A DNA stretch of 64,000 nucleotides from Bacteroidota bacterium (GTDB lineage: Bacteria; Bacteroidota; Bacteroidia; Bacteroidales; UBA10428): assembly GCA_023442525.1 (NCBI GenBank), contig JAEZZA010000004.1, positions 32,052 to 96,051 of the forward strand. Reading direction: 5' to 3'. A program made the position numbers and the translations under genes. This document shows, piece by piece, positions 63,919 to 64,000 of this stretch (its first letter is position 1; each line of letters begins with the position of its first letter). The notes under the pieces are model-generated. The model was not told where the DNA came from and made no database searches. It worked only from the letters and a program-made list of their open reading frames with translations.

Positions 63919-64000
63919 ATGAAAAAAATTCTGTTTAATTATTTACCTTTCAAATCATTCCCTGATTTGAGGGTATGGTATTTAATTAGGCCATCCCGAA
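63919..64000 (+). CDS. Start of an ORF, possibly a SusC/TonB-dependent receptor (partial)
   Basis: ATG at 63919 encodes MKKILFNYLPFKSFPDLRVWYLIRPSR. Only positional logic (after sigma/FecR) supports the call. Confidence 0.25.
   Translation, partial: MKKILFNYLPFKSFPDLRVWYLIRPSR

Overview
This 64-kb window looks like a chromosomal segment of a Bacteroidota-type genome. That assignment is an inference from gene content (flexirubin-type genes, GH3, an ECF-sigma/FecR locus, an LptF/G-like permease), two TAnnTTTG -7-like boxes, and pervasive start/stop overlaps. I call about 62 protein-coding genes. I saw no rRNA, tRNA, CRISPR array, transposase or integrase.

Left edge: purU (truncated by the window) lies downstream of hisG-hisD-hisC-hisB on the minus strand. 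The operon is preceded by a 13-codon leader ORF with five consecutive His codons and a perfect intrinsic terminator with an alternative pairing, which fits a classical attenuator.

Centre (about 8.06-41.4 kb): a roughly 33-kb flexirubin-type aryl-polyene plus dialkylresorcinol pigment gene cluster. It contains:
- darA, darB, a BtrH-like protein and an ABC exporter
- three ACPs, four Cys-containing ketosynthases, two Cys-less CLF-like partners and one short KS-like partner
- two tandem CrtI-like flavoenzymes, a C45-like protein, a PaaK-like ligase and a thioesterase
- a NodB deacetylase, LolA-like and lipoprotein genes, two hot-dog dehydratases, an LpxL-like acyltransferase and FabG
- an MIO ammonia-lyase, a GT2, and a 1280-aa MMPL-acyltransferase-methyltransferase fusion
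The cluster family is known. The product in this organism cannot be read from the sequence.

Right side:
- a tight four-gene operon (acyl-CoA ligase, alpha-oxoamine synthase, GH3, LysE exporter) of unknown product
- housekeeping genes (arcC, a GH73-LysM muramidase, fmt, ribBA)
- an LptF/G-like permease-GT4-GT2 operon
- a signal-less S8 protease with a 70-aa partner
- an orphan SiaC-like protein, an FAD/Rieske oxidoreductase, a NUDIX hydrolase and a divergent ECF sigma/FecR pair

Non-coding oddities: three short degenerate tandem arrays (6x9 bp, 5x8 bp, 6x8 bp) fill intergenic spacers, and two of them bracket a single gene.

I found no clear novel defence or mobile system. The most novel-looking candidates are the fadD-AOS-GH3-LysE operon, the tandem arrays and the his attenuator.
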